This document shows positions 24,156 through 37,622 of a stretch of DNA of 64,000 bases, piece after piece (position 1 is the first letter of the stretch; the number at the start of each line of letters is the position of its first letter). Below the pieces are notes generated by a model. It was given only the letters and a program-made list of their open reading frames with translations. It did not search any database and was not told the DNA's origin. The position numbers and the translations under genes were made by a program. Origin of the DNA: Octopus vulgaris (Eukaryota); assembly GCA_951406725.2 (NCBI GenBank), contig OX597823.1, positions 64,480,001 through 64,544,000 of the forward strand. The letters run 5' to 3'.

Positions 24156-26844
24156 AACCAGATATAACATCTTAAAGGGTAATAATTGGTTTGGGGAACG
24201 TAGAAGATTTCAATACAAGGTCAGATTTCAATAACTCCATTTCTACCGCTTCTTTTTTATGATCATATTCTTATGGTCATTACCCAAGTTACATGACCAT
24301 AGGTAAGGGCAGGCATGAATGCTGAAATCAAGATGGTGAGTTAGGTTTTTACATCCATCTCTCTTCTTTCGATGACAAGATGCTGAAAATAGCACATTTT
24401 TGCGCCATCTCCTGTCTGTAAAGTATATGACAGTCTCTATCCAATTCTCTGAGAAATGACGATGAGACTATGACCTATCCTGAAATGTCTACACAAAATT
24501 TGTGTGCCTTGAGGTCCCACAAAAGGGTACAGGAGGGGATAAATGCTTATACTGGACTTTTACAACAAAATTATACTGAAACTTAGTACATCAGGTCATG
24601 TTTCTGACCACTGATAACACACCAAGCTCTTATTCTGATCCTGATAATTATTTCTTTAAAAAGTGCTGTACTTGATATAAATATTCTATTTCTATGAAAA
24701 CTCGTGACCCCACCCCATTCTTAAACATCCTGCACTATCCATAGCTCCTCCTTCACATTTTTCACTCCTTTGTCAGTTTGCAGTTACACTTCAAGGGGCT
24801 ACTACTACCTAAGTTTCAAAGCCACTGGTTTAGATGAATGATATATTCAATGATGTGTGCTTGTGTTTCTTTCTTCTGATTATTTAATGTACTTTTAATG
24901 CATCAGATGCAGCAGGGGCTGTCTTTATACACATGCCTTACATGCATTATATATTGGTTGCAAATTATGGCATGAGGCCAGCAATCTTACATTGAAACCT
25001 GTGTTCTACTGGTTCCTAATTTATCGACCCCCAAGAGAATGAAAGGCAAAACCAACCTCATTGACATTTGATCTGAGAATGTAAGGACAGATGAAATGCT
25101 GCTAAGCATTTTGTCCGGCATATGAACAATTCTTCCAGGTTGCCACTTATACACATACTGTATATTAATATCTGTAGCTTCATCTATATCCTTTTATTGC
25201 AGAAATTGTTTCTCTGAATACTTTGTGGCTAGTTTTTTTGGCTGATAGAGCAAAATTTTTTTCCAACTCAATCTTTAATAGTAATGTCTGGAAAAGTTTG
25301 CATTTAATTTTTGTTATCAGATTTACACAGGAAACAAAAGGAAGTCTATGGACAGTGGGGGAAAATGAAGGAAACAGAGGAGGAGGACAAAAGAGAAAGA
25401 AGGTGAAGATGATGATGAAAAAGATTAAGAAAATGAAGTTGAAATGAAGTGTGAGAAAATGAGGATGATCATGATGCAAAACCATAATAAGAAGAGGAAG
25501 AAGAAAAAGAAGGAGGGAGAGGATGAGGAGGTGGAGGTGGCAGTAACGATGTTGCCTACACCGCTGTTGATGATGGTAACACTGCTGCCACTGCTGACTA
25601 CACCACCACCACCAACAACAACAACAACTATGCCACCACTGCCAATGATGATGTTGCTACCAAAGCTGACACTGAAGTAGAAGAACAAGAAAAAGATTTA
25701 GAATATGGAAGTTGAAAAAGGTAAAAAAGGGATGAAGGAACAGAAGGATATTAAGAGAAAGCAGGATCAGACCCTTCCCTCTCTATGCATAGCTCTAAAT
25801 TTCTGTCAATTGAAGTTTGAGAGTGAGTTCTCTTTCTTGCCTCTTATGAGAATAATTTTCATTAGCGCTCTGACATTTCTTCGCACCCACACATTATTTT
25901 CAGTGAATTAAAATTTATCTTAGAGTTTAGGATTTCAAGTGTGGGAGTCTGCACTTAGCTACATTTTCTACATGTAGAAGGCAACCCTAGAGAAATGCTG
26001 CAAAGTTGAGGCAGAATGAGTGTAAGAAGGGTAGGAGAGGAGCAAGAAGGAAAAGAAGATAAAAGTTAAAAATGAAAAATGTGGTTAATGATAGAGAAAC
26101 AACCGTAGAAGCGACAGCAGCTGCAAAACAACAATATCAGTGTAGCAGAAGCAACAAAAGGAAAAAAAAAAAAATGAAAAAAAAAAAGAAAAAAAAAAAG
26201 ATTCAAAGATCAAAAGCTACAAACATTATTATTATAGATTTAAGGAAACGAAATAAACGAATGAAATAAACGAATAAACAAATAGTGAATTGACATTTCT
26301 GAAATGTCACTGGAAATAGAGAAAGCAATTAAGGTGGTAAGTTTAATTAAACAAGAGGTTTATAGTTAATGAATGAATAACAAGGACAAAACGAAACGAT
26401 TAAAAACATGAACAAAAGACAAAAGACAAGGAAAGGAAAGAGAAACCCAACAACAGAAACAAGACGATAAAGCCACACATTTCAAATTAAAGGAAGACAG
26501 AATGAAAGAAACTAAGGCAGTAAGTCAGGAAATAAGAAATGGTGTTGGTGTGGTGGTGGTGGTTGTGGTGGTGCTGGTGGTGGAGGTGGGTGCAGGAATG
26601 GTAAGGAAGGATACAAGGGAGGTAAATCACTTGCAATCTAGAAAGACGACCAAACAAAAGGAAACAAAAAACATCTCCCATTGGTAACGAAGCAGGGAAG
26701 TTTTAAGTGCCGTTTCTGTGTTGGTTTTGTTTTTGTTTTTGGTTTTTTAATAAATTTCCACTATATTTAATTGTTTGTGTGATGAATTAAGTGTAAAGTT
26801 TCTAACAGACACTTCTGAACTGCTGTTCTTTGGTTGTTATTGTT

Positions 26845-27450
26845 TCTTCTTCTTCTTTTCCTTCTCCCCTCCTCCTCTTCGTCTATCTTCTTCTTCTTCT
26901 TCATCATCTTCTTCTCCTTCATCTCCCCCTCCCCATCCTCCTCTTCGTCTATCTTCTTATTCCCCTCCTCCTCTTCTTCTTCTTCCTTTTCTTCTTCTTT
27001 TTCTTCTTCTTTTTCTTCTTTTCTTCTTCCTTTTCTTCTTCTTTTTCTTCTTCTTCTTCTTCTCCTCCTTCTCTCCGTCTATCTTCTTCTTCATCTTCTT
27101 CTCCTTCATCTCCCCCTCTTCCCCCTCCTCCTCCTCTTCGTCTATCTTCTTATTCCCCTCCTCCTCTTCTTCTTCTTCTTCTTTTTCTTCTTCTTCTTCC
27201 TTTTCTTCTTCTTCTTTTTCTTCTTCTTCTTCCTTTTCTTCTTCTTTTTCTTCTTCTTCTTCTCCATCTCTCCGTCTATCTTCTTCATCTTCTTCTCCTC
27301 CATCTCCCCCTCTGCCCCCTCCTCTTCGTCTATCTTCTTATTCCCCTCCTCCTCCTCCTCCTCCTCCCCTTCGTCTATCTTCTTATTCTCCTCCTCCTCT
27401 TCTTCTTCTTCTTCTTCTTCTTCTTCTCCTCCTCCTCCTCTTCCTCCTGT
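26845..27450. repeat. Polypyrimidine (CTT/CCT) tract with a recurring CTCTTCGTCTATCTTCTT motif
   Basis: About 600 bp almost devoid of purines on the + strand. Confidence 0.92.
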
Positions 27451-27748
27451 GCTTGTGATTCTTACATGTTTTCTTTTCCCTCATCCTTGTTTATTCTCTT
27501 GTTTTTTTCTTTTCTTTTTCTCTTACCTCCAGAGTGCTGAGGTTGATGAAATCTTCATTGCCACTAATATGTCACATGTATGCATGTGTGTATGTATGCT
27601 GTTGTATTATGTGCATATATGTGTGTGTGTGCATACATGTGTATGTGTGTGTGCGTGTGTGGATAGTTTTATCCTCCTTCTCCTCATTATACACATCTTT
27701 GTCATTGCTACCATTAATCCACTTCATCACTATTATTGGCATCATTAA

Positions 27749-28640
27749 GGTGGTAAGATCACAGAATCACTGTCATCTTACCACAGGTGGAGAGCAGGCA
27801 GAAACGTTAGCACGCCGGGCGAAACGCTTAGCGATATTTCGTCTGCTGTTACATTCTGAGTTCAAATTCTGCCGAGGTCAACTTTGCCTTTCATCCTTTC
27901 GGGGTCAATAAATTAAGTACCAGTTACGCACTGGGGTCGATGTAATCGACTTAATCCCTTTGTCTGTCCTTGTTTTTACCCTCTGTGTGTAGCCCCTTGT
28001 GGGCAGTAAAGAAATAAGAAACATCAGCATGCTTAGCAGCATTTTGTCTGCTGTTACGTTCTGAGTTCAAATTCCGCCGAGGTCGACTTTGCCTTTCATC
28101 CTTTCGGGGTCGATAAATTAAGTACCAGTCAATTGGTACTTAAGTACCAGTCAACTGGGGTTGATGTAATCGACTTAATCTGTTTGTCTGTCCTTGTTTG
28201 TCCCTTCTGTGTTTAGTCCCCATGTGGGCAATAAAGAAATAAGATGACAGAATCACTAGCATGCCGGATGAAATGCTTTGCAGTACTTCATCCATCTTCA
28301 ATTTCTGAGTTCAACTTTGCCTTTCATCCTTTTGGGGTCGACAAAGTAAGTACCAGTTGAATACTGGGGTTGATGTAACTGATTATTTCCCTTCTCCAAA
28401 TTTCAGGCCTTGTGTCTATAGTAGAAAGAATTCTTTTCTAATCTAGGTAGAAGGCCTGAAATTTTGGTGGAGGGGGTTAGTAGATTAGATCGACTCCAGT
28501 ATGCAACTGATACTTAATTTATTGACCCCTAAAGAATGAAAGGCAAAGTCGAATTTGAACTCAGAACGTAAAGACAGATAGATGAAATACTGTTAAGCAT
28601 TTCGCCCGGCATGCTAACGTTTCTGCCAGCTTGCCACCTT
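27749..28640. mobile_element. Nested and inverted cluster of SINE family A
   Basis: A dimeric copy (27786-28240) is inserted in the head of an older copy, and an inverted copy follows (28437-28640). Confidence 0.82.
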
Positions 28641-28689
28641 ACATAGCAGAAAGGATTATTATCAGAATCATTGTCATTGTTGTCATCAC

Positions 28690-28753
<64 letters not shown>

Positions 28754-29190
28754 TTCATCATCATCATCATCATTATCATCATGTTCATCACTGTCATGAT
28801 AATCATCATATCATTGCCACTATCATCATCATCATTATCATCGTCACCACCACCATATACTCAGAAGAGCAAACAAAACTTGCAACTTTTAGACATTATT
28901 CTACCCTCAAACACGCTGTTGGTTGTTTTTGCTATTTAACCACTTGTCAATTCCATTTAAGCAGTTCTTTAATAGAAGGTATTCCAGCCATGACTAGGAT
29001 TCGATTCCCTACAGCAGTTTGTTGACCGCATTTTTCTGCCTTCTATGAGTATTTTACCTGATCTTTTAAGCTGTCTTCACAGCTATTCTGTGCTTGAAAT
29101 TTACTTTATTATCTGTAAAATATCATCTCACTCAGCTCTTCTAAGTTTGTTTATAGAAAATGTTTTATACACATACATTAACACATACAC

Positions 29191-29229
<39 letters not shown>

Positions 29230-29231
<2 letters not shown>

Positions 29232-30003
29232 TAAACAGTAAAAATAATTACAGACATGGACAAGAACATGAAACGCCACAGAGACGACACAAGAACCACA
29301 GGACGGGACATTCGAAGCCCTCAGTCATCAGTCAAGAACCAGATCATCTTAGCAATTTCGGCTGATTAATCTTGAGATTGCTCTGATATGGCCAGCCCGC
29401 CACGGGAAATCTAAGCCAAGTGCATTAGATCCCCTGGAAGAAAGCTTCGAATGTATACAACACGAGGACGGAAAACGAACGAAGTGCACAAACAAAAATA
29501 CAGAATACGTGACAACAATAAGAATACAAAAACGTAAAAACAATAACGGTAAAAATAAAGTATAACAAATAAACAACAAAACAAAACCAGGACGTAGGAC
29601 AAGGGTCTTTCGACAGGACGAATTGAGCATGGGGCAGGCTTATGAAGTTGTGCCTAATGGCCACAGGGAGACGAACAAGTACGTGTTGCTTCAACGGCTG
29701 CTGGAACGAAAAGAGCGTTCAACAGCGGCTAGCGGTCACGTGAGAACAAAAGACAAGAGAAAGGGACAGATGAAAAGAGAGAGAAAAGGTGGACGAGGGA
29801 GGAGAAGAAAGAGACAGATCGAGGGGGCTGGAGGTGAGAGAGATAGAGCAACGTAGAAGGGGGGGAAAACGGATGGAGAGGGAAAGAAAGGAGGGGGAAT
29901 AAGGGAGGAGAGAGAGAGAGAAAGAAAGATTAAGAGTCGTATCAATGCTTGAGAAAAAAAATATACTTATCGTATAAGGACAATTGTGGATACGTAGCCG
30001 CCG

Positions 30004-30006
<3 letters not shown>
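29230..30006. mobile_element. CpG-rich element embedded in (TA)n, possibly Penelope-like
   Basis: Sharp (TA)n boundaries on both sides, high CpG content and a CTGATGA core on the minus strand near 29325. No coding motifs. Confidence 0.45.
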
Positions 30007-30049
<43 letters not shown>

Positions 30050-30050
<1 letters not shown>

Positions 30051-30283
30051 CAACATTTGAGCGTGGTCATTGCCAGTACCACCTAACTGGCCCTCGTGCC
30101 GGTGGCACGTAAAAGCACCCATACACTCTCAGAGTGGTTGGCGTTAGGAAGAGCATCCAGCAGTAGAAACTCTGCCAGATCAGATTGAAGTCTGGTGCAG
30201 CCATCTGGTTCGCAAGACCTCAGTCAAATCGTTCAACCCATGCTAGTATGGAAAACGGACGTTAAACGATGATGATGATGATG

Positions 30284-30285
<2 letters not shown>
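30050..30285 (+). mobile_element. RTE 3' end with (GAT)n tail
   Basis: Reverse complement of the RTE tail at 8752-8920. Confidence 0.85.
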
Positions 30286-30315
<30 letters not shown>

Positions 30316-30317
30316 CT

Positions 30318-30549
30318 GTTGTGTCTGGGGAAAGTCATTTTCTTTCTGTGCCTTATAATTTAACACACACAATTGTAAAATTTCCACTTATTTCTTACTT
30401 TTATTTTCCTAAAATAATCATTGCATCTTGCAACCTTTTCAATAGTCTTGACTTTTAGGAAAATAAAAATAAGAAATAAGTGGAAATTTTACCGGTGAGT
30501 CTGTTAAATTACAAGGCACAAAAAGAAAATGACTTTCCCCAGACACAAC
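30318..30549. mobile_element. Foldback element (arms ~30318-30415 and ~30453-30549)
   Basis: GTTGTGTCTGGGGAAAGTCATTTTC ... GAAAATGACTTTCCCCAGACACAAC. Same family as 7971-8640. Confidence 0.78.
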
Positions 30550-30645
30550 AGAATATGCTTCAACACATGAACTCATATAAAGAATCTTGCAAACCAAATC
30601 CAAAAACGATATATTATATATATATGTATATATATATATACATAT

Positions 30646-30756
30646 ATGTATGGATCAAAACCGTTTGATTCAAATTCAAAATGGTTGATTACTAGTATTG
30701 TGCTTGAAACTCATGAGTACCAATGAATTTGAATTAAACGGTTTTGATCCATACAT
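30646..30756. repeat. Inverted repeat with ~33-bp arms
   Basis: ATGTATGGATCAAAACCGTTTGATTCAAATTCA versus TGAATTTGAATTAAACGGTTTTGATCCATACAT, one mismatch. Confidence 0.9.
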
Positions 30757-30834
30757 GTAACTCTTCAATAAATTGGCTGAGTGCCTGTCTTTCATTTGTC
30801 CACTCACTCTTGTAAATATATATGTCCTCTTATA

Positions 30835-31280
30835 CTCTTACTTTTTTCAGTCATTTGACTGTGGCCATGCTGGAGCACTGCCTTCAGTTGAGCAAATTGA
30901 CCCTAGGACTTATCCTTTGTAAGCCTAGTACTTATTTTATTAGTCCCTTTTGGTGAACCACTAAGTTATGTGGGCGTAAACATACCAGCATCTGTTGTCA
31001 GCCGTGGCACTTTGGGCAAGTGTTTTCTACTATAGCCTTGGGCTGACCAACAGATGCTGGGGGCACAAACACAGGCACACAAATGCATACACACACATAC
31101 ATATATACATATATATGACAAGCTTCTTTCAGTTTCCATCTACCAAATCCACTCACAAGGCTTTGGTCGGCTCGAGGCTATAGTATAAAACACTTGCCCA
31201 AGGTGTCATGCAGTGGGACTGAACCCGTAACCATATGGTTCGTAAGCAAGCTACTTACCACACAGCCACTCCTACGCCTA
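30835..31280 (-). mobile_element. SINE family B carrying a short inverted internal copy of its core
   Basis: Full minus copy, with plus-oriented GTGGCACTTTGGGCAAGTGTTTTCTACTATAGCC at ~31004-31050. Confidence 0.8.
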
Positions 31281-32188
31281 ACGTAAAGACAGATGAAATA
31301 CCGTTAAGCATACTTTTCGCATTGTGTATCCAGGATACCTTATCTTCTTTTTAAATATGGTGGTACATGATTTGAAGTCGATTCAGCTGCCATTTCTGTC
31401 ATATCAAATAACCTCTTAGAAGCAACTGCATTGATTCATAGACACACTATTTATTGTTTAACCCAAAGTCAGTCATCATCAAAGACACTTATGATGGAAG
31501 ACATTTTATTCATGTCTACCTTATAGCCTCAGGACAATCAAAACCTTGTGAATGGATTTCATGTCACATATGTGTGTGTGTGTGTGTGTGTGTGTACATG
31601 CCCATCTATCTTTGTCCCTTGTGTTGGTTTGTTTATGTCCTTGTAACCCAGTAGCTTGGCATAAGCGACCCTCAAAATAAGTACTGGTGTTGATTTGTAT
31701 TACTCAAATTCTTCAAGGTGAAGCTCCCACATGACCACAGAAACTACTATATTATAAGGCCACGCGCATTTATCAGGCCTATAATGCTGCTAAGATGGCT
31801 CTGGTCCTTGAGCAGATCTGATGGTGAACTGTCTGCTGCAGGGATTCTGATTTGGTCTCTAGTTTGTGAGTAACATTTTCCCCTTCTCTTCCAAATTTCC
31901 AAATGCCCTGAAAAATAATTTGAAAAGCATGGGAACTGCTTTTCCTTCTCTACCTAAGCCACAAAAAAGAACTCAATAAATTCAAGGAGATTTTTGCTAG
32001 TCTTTAGTAGTAAAATTCTGTTCAGCAAAACTTCAGAAAAGCTGGATATAACAATGACAACAAAAATCACAAAAACTCAATAAAAACAAGTGAATAAAAA
32101 ACAAGTCTTTTTTTTTTCAATGAATTCCTCTTGCAAAGATTCCATTATCTGTCCATCTCATAATCTCTTGTTTTAATTTATGTTTCAG

Positions 32189-32243
32189 GAAATAGCAATA
32201 ACGAATCATAGCCTTGGAAAAGTTGTTACACAATGGACAAACG
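32189..32243 (+). CDS. Candidate internal coding exon (55 nt, phase 0 to phase 1), EIAITNHSLGKVVTQWTN
   Basis: Acceptor TTTTAATTTATGTTTCAG| and donor ACG|GTAAGT. Only one frame is open, and the context is unique non-repeat sequence. Host gene not identified. Confidence 0.6.
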
Positions 32244-32718
32244 GTAAGTAAAAATTGTGTTGATTTATCTCTATTTTATGTCATAATGTTTTTGTATGAT
32301 GGATTTTGATTACAAGTATATAATAGGCAGATTGGTAGTAGTAAGAATGACCAAGAGTTATCCGAGCAATTTGGGTGAAACAAATATCACATGGGAGTTT
32401 GTTTGAAAGTACTGGTTCATTAATTCATATCACTGATATTTATTTCTTTTGTTAAACTTTTGTAGATGTACGGTGCTAGGAAATCATACACATATGTGCA
32501 TGCACCCCCCCCCCCACACATTCCAATTAAACGATGATGCTTGTGCGTGCTTATGTGTGTGTGATGATGATGAGACGATGGTACTGACAATGACAACAAT
32601 GGTGACAATGGTTTAATGCCGATGATGATGATGATGATGATGATGACAATGATTCTGTTAATAATGACAATACATACCGCTTCCCAAGTTCTTGGTTTTG
32701 GGGAAGTCCCTAAAGACA

Positions 32719-33310
32719 TCATCATCATCCTCATCATCATCGTTTAACGTCTGCTTTCCATGCTAGCATGGGTTGGACGATTTGACTGAGGTCTGGCGAA
32801 CCAGATGGCTGCACCAGGCTCCAGTCTGATCTGGCAGAGTTTCTACAGCTGGATGCCTTTCCTAACACCAACCACTCCGAGAGTTTCATGGGTGCTTTTA
32901 TGTACCAACAGCACAAGGGCTAGTCAGGTGGTACAGGCAATGGCCATGCTCAAATGGTGCTTTTTATGAGCCACCTGCACAGGAGCCAGTCCAGCGGCAC
33001 TGGCAATGACCTCACCCGAATGTTTTTTGTTACGTGCCACCAGCACAAGTGTCAGTAAGGCGATGCAGGTAACAATCACACTCGAATGGTGCTTTTTATG
33101 TGCCACCGGCACAGAAGCCAGTTTGTTGCTCTGGCAACGATCATGCTTGGATGGTGCTCTTAGCGCTCATTGAATTTGATTTTGATTTCACTTGCCTCAA
33201 CAGGTCTTAGCAAGTAGAGTTTAGTGTCCAATGAAGGAAAGGTGTCCATAAGTAGGCTGGTTTCACCCCTGGCATAAGCCACGAGGTTATGGTCTCACTT
33301 GGCTTGCAGA
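32719..33310 (-). mobile_element. RTE 3' UTR fragment with (GAT)n tail
   Basis: Same tail block and tandem UTR repeats as the other RTE copies. Confidence 0.85.
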
Positions 33311-33914
33311 AATATAAAAGTATCTTCTACTGAAACATTAAAAAAAAACATTGCACAAACAAACTACTAAGGACGCGATGATACTAAACCAGCCAGCATT
33401 TCTGTTCTGGGATACACTCAGCAAAGTTCAGCTGATGCAAACTCAATCATGGACCAACTTCCAACTATAAAGTGACAAACAACCTGAAAGAAAATAAATG
33501 AGGCAGTGCTCCAGCATGGCCTAAGTCACATGGCTGACACCATTAAAAGAATAAAGAATAAAAGAAAAGTCTTGATACAAGGTACCTAGGGCAAGTGGCT
33601 TCTGCTATAGTCTCAGGCTAACGAAAGCCTTGTGAGCGGATTTAGTTGAATAAAACTGAAAGAAACCCATTATATATATTTGTATGTCATTATTCAGTTT
33701 TATTTCAAGATTCCTTGCCAATAGAGAAAGAGATGAGTTCTAAACTAGATCCAAGGCTCCTTCATTGGAATTTCAGCATCAGCAACAGGGTATTTTTGTT
33801 TGTATGTTTATATGTATGTGCAGATTTGTATGTTTTATGTATGCATTCTCATGCATATAGTTGCATATCTAGACATGCTCATATATATTTAAATGATAAT
33901 CTTCTGGCAAACTG

Positions 33915-33945
<31 letters not shown>

Positions 33946-35090
33946 TGTATGTATGTATGTATGTATGTATGTATGTACGTACGTATGTAAGTATGAGTGC
34001 ATATATGTATGTATGTATGCATATATGTACATGTGCAGACTTGTATGTTTTATGCATGTATTCTCATGCATATAGTTGCATGTCTAGACATGTTCATGTA
34101 TACTTAAATGATAAACTTCTGGAAAATCTTGCAGATTTTTGCAGTTCCAGTGATGGTTTATGTGTGCGTGCATGTGCATGTATGCGTATGTGTATGTGTG
34201 TTAGTGCACATGTGTATGTGTGTGTGTGTGTGTGCATGCATGCATGCACATCATTGTCTTGACATCACATGATAGTCATAAATGCATGTCGCTTTCATAC
34301 AAATGGGGTCCTTCATTTCCATTCTTCTTGAAAACATATTTAGCCATAAGGAAATATTAAGCTTGCTTGGAAACAGGTGACAGTTGGTAACAGGAAGGGC
34401 ATCTAGCCATTGAAAATCTGCTGCAATGAATTTCATCTTGTCTTGACATCAGGCGAAAGAAAGACTTTGTTAATGTAGCTCAAATTCTGCATTATTTTGG
34501 ACAAATTTTTTACATTTTGCATTAATGCAGGCATGTAATTTATTTATTATTAGATATAGTATTATAAATTATTTGCATGTTTCTTGAATTACGAAACAAT
34601 TTGAAAGTTCATGAAAATATTTTTGTCATTTATGACTATACACTCCTTATCATTTTCTCTTGAATTATATATTCTATATCAAAGGTTCTTGAGTCACAAA
34701 TGGCCCCAGTAGAAAATATTTTTATTTTTCAATACTACTTATTTTGATATCAGCAGATAATGAGCAAAAAATAAAAGACGTCGTTTTACATATGTGCTTG
34801 TACGCAGTTGGGAGAACAGATGTATAAACCGAAATGCAAAAAAAAAAAAAAAAAATCCAAATAGTGAATTGAAAGTTTTGTAATTGCATTTATTTCCAAC
34901 ATGCGACACTTATGAGATCAACATGTTATCTATAGAAAGAGTGCTCTTTGGTACAAGTAGATGCCAATGAAATCATTTCAAACCTTTCCAATTTACCTTA
35001 TCAAAACAGGTAGAACTTGTGCAACAATCTGACATACAAGTCAGATGCTAGGGGGAGAAACCAGAAGTAGTTGATAGTTTCTGCTACCTA

Positions 35091-35318
35091 TTTCTTTATT
35101 ACCCACAAGGGGCTAAACACAGAGGGGACAAACAAAGACAGACATAGTTATTAAGTCGATTACATCGATCCCAGTGCGTAACTGGTACTTAATTTATCGA
35201 CCCTGAAAGGATGAAAGGCAAAGTCGACCTCGGCGGAATTTGAACTCACAATGTAACGCAGACGAAATACCGCTAAGCATTTCGCCCGGCGTGCTAACGT
35301 TTCTGCCAGCTCGCCACC
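35091..35318 (-). mobile_element. Young SINE family A with 13-bp TSD
   Basis: CpG-intact copy flanked by TTTCTGCTACCTA at 35078-35090 and 35327-35339. Confidence 0.9.
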
Positions 35319-35349
35319 TTCTGTATTTTCTGCTACCTAGGCGATCAAG

Positions 35350-36215
35350 TCTGTAGTGGGGAGTAGCTGCTCTGAGAGTGTAGTGACTAGAGTAAGAACA
35401 GCTTGAGCAAATTCAAGGAACTCCTACCTCTGCTGGCAACTAAGGGCCCCTCACTCAGGGTGAAAGACTGTATGGTGCAAGTGTGTGAACTGACATGCGA
35501 CATGGCAGTGAAACATGGGCCATGAATGCTGAGGACATGCATAAGCTTGAAAGAAATGAAGCTAGTATGCTTCACTGGATGTGTAATGTCAGTGTGCATA
35601 CATGACAGAGTGTAAGTGTCTTGAGAGAAAAGTTGGGCATAAGAGGCATCAAACGTGGTGTGCAAGAGAGGCATCTGCGCTGGTATGGTCATGTGTTATG
35701 TATGAATGAAGACAGCAGTGTGAGGAAGTACCACTCCCTAACTGTAGAAGGAACCTGTGGAAGAGGTAGACTCAGGAAGACATGGGGTGAGGTGGTGAAG
35801 CATGACCTTCGAATGTTGGGCCTCACAGAGGCAATGACGGGAGACCTGGACTTTTAGAGATATGCTGTCATTGAGAAGACCTGGCAACTAAAGTCAGATT
35901 GCAGCCACACGTCCAGTCCTGTTAAGAATACTCCTGATGTATTGGGCGATGTGATATGCTTGAGAAGACCTACTGAGTGAAATAAAACCAATATCATAGC
36001 TGTGGCCAGTGCCCCCTGACTTGCTCCCATGCTGGTGGCATGTAAAATGCACTATCTGAACGTGGTTGATGCCAGGCCTGCCTGACTGGCTCCTGTGCTG
36101 GTGGCACATAAAAAGCATCCACTACACTCTTGGAGCGCTTGGCGTTAGGAAGGGCATCCAACTGTAGAAACATTGCCAGCATGGAAAACAGATGTTAAAT
36201 GATGATGATGATGAT
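35350..36215 (+). mobile_element. RTE LINE 3' fragment
   Basis: HGSETW-like motif, then REKLGIRGIKRGVQERHLRWYGHV...GRGRLRKTW, UTR and GATGAT tail. Confidence 0.88.
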
Positions 36216-36395
36216 ATATATATATATATGAGAAGACAATGGATATAATAACATTGGGAAGCTCGTGGCTTTTGCCGGTATGTCTTTAATTAATTAGATA
36301 ACAAAGAAGGAAGAAGCAGAGATGAAGGTAATAACCAGGAGCGACTCTGGAGTTAATTATTCCTTAGAGGTATTAAACCCTCTAACTGATACCTA

Positions 36396-36494
<99 letters not shown>

Positions 36495-37129
36495 TATAGG
36501 GAGAAAGAAAGTGATAGAGACAGACAGAGACAGAGCAAGATCTTACAAAGATGAATGAAAAGCATTACAGACGCAGGTGTATACAGTCATTAATTGGAAC
36601 TACCGAAAGAATGCAGCAAACTTTACTTAACATTTCAGTGAAACACTTTTCATGAAGAAATAAGAGAAATCTGAATGCCTCTCAGCTGGTTGGGGTCATT
36701 TCCTCCTTGGTGAAAAGCACAGAACTAAAGTATAGCTGTCATGCAATAGCTAACTAAAAGAATAATTAATGATGTTTCCCAGTGGAAAAGATTTTCTAGG
36801 CAAGTGGGATAGTGGGCAGAAGAATAACCTATGTGTGCATTTTGCTTGTGTTTATATCTCTGTCTCTGTAGGTGATTTCTGAAGAAATTAACAAGCATAA
36901 GCATGACTCTGTGCAGACGAGAAGTTTGTTTCACAACCAAGTTGCTTCACAGCAAATGCCGTGTGAGGAAATTTGGTAGACAGAAAATGTAGAAGACTCA
37001 TTGTTCATATCGATCTATCTGTCTATGTATGCATGTATGTCATTATTCAGTTTATTTCAAGATTTCTTGCCAATAGAAAAAGCATCAAGGCTCTTTCATT
37101 GGAATTTCAACATCAACAACAAGGTATTT

Positions 37130-37458
37130 TCGTATGTATATATGTATGCATGAATGCATGTATGTATGTATGTATGTATGTATGTATGTATGTATGTATG
37201 TATGTATGTATGTATGTGTTTGTGTGTGTGTATGTATGTATGTATGTATATGTATGTGTGTGTATATGTATGTATATATCTATGTATGTGTATGTATGTA
37301 TGTGTTTGTATGTGTGTGTGTATGTATGTATGTATGCATGTATGCATGTGTATGTGTGTGTATAAGTATGTATGTATCTATGTATGTATGTGTGTGTATG
37401 TATGTATGTATGTATGTATGTATGTATGTTTGTGTATATGTATGTATGTATCTATGTA

Positions 37459-37489
<31 letters not shown>

Positions 37490-37622
37490 ATGTATGTATG
37501 TATGTATGTATGTATGTATGTATGTATGCATGCATGTATGTATGTATGCATGCATGTATGTATGTATGTGTGTGTATATGTATGTATCTATGTATGTGTG
37601 TGTATGTATGTATGTATGTATA
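37130..37622. repeat. (TATG)n/(TG)n microsatellite
   Basis: Directly visible. Confidence 0.95.

Noticed and set aside
26775-27748. Ser/Pro/Leu/Phe-rich ORFs
   Set aside because: Low-complexity pyrimidine tract open in all frames.
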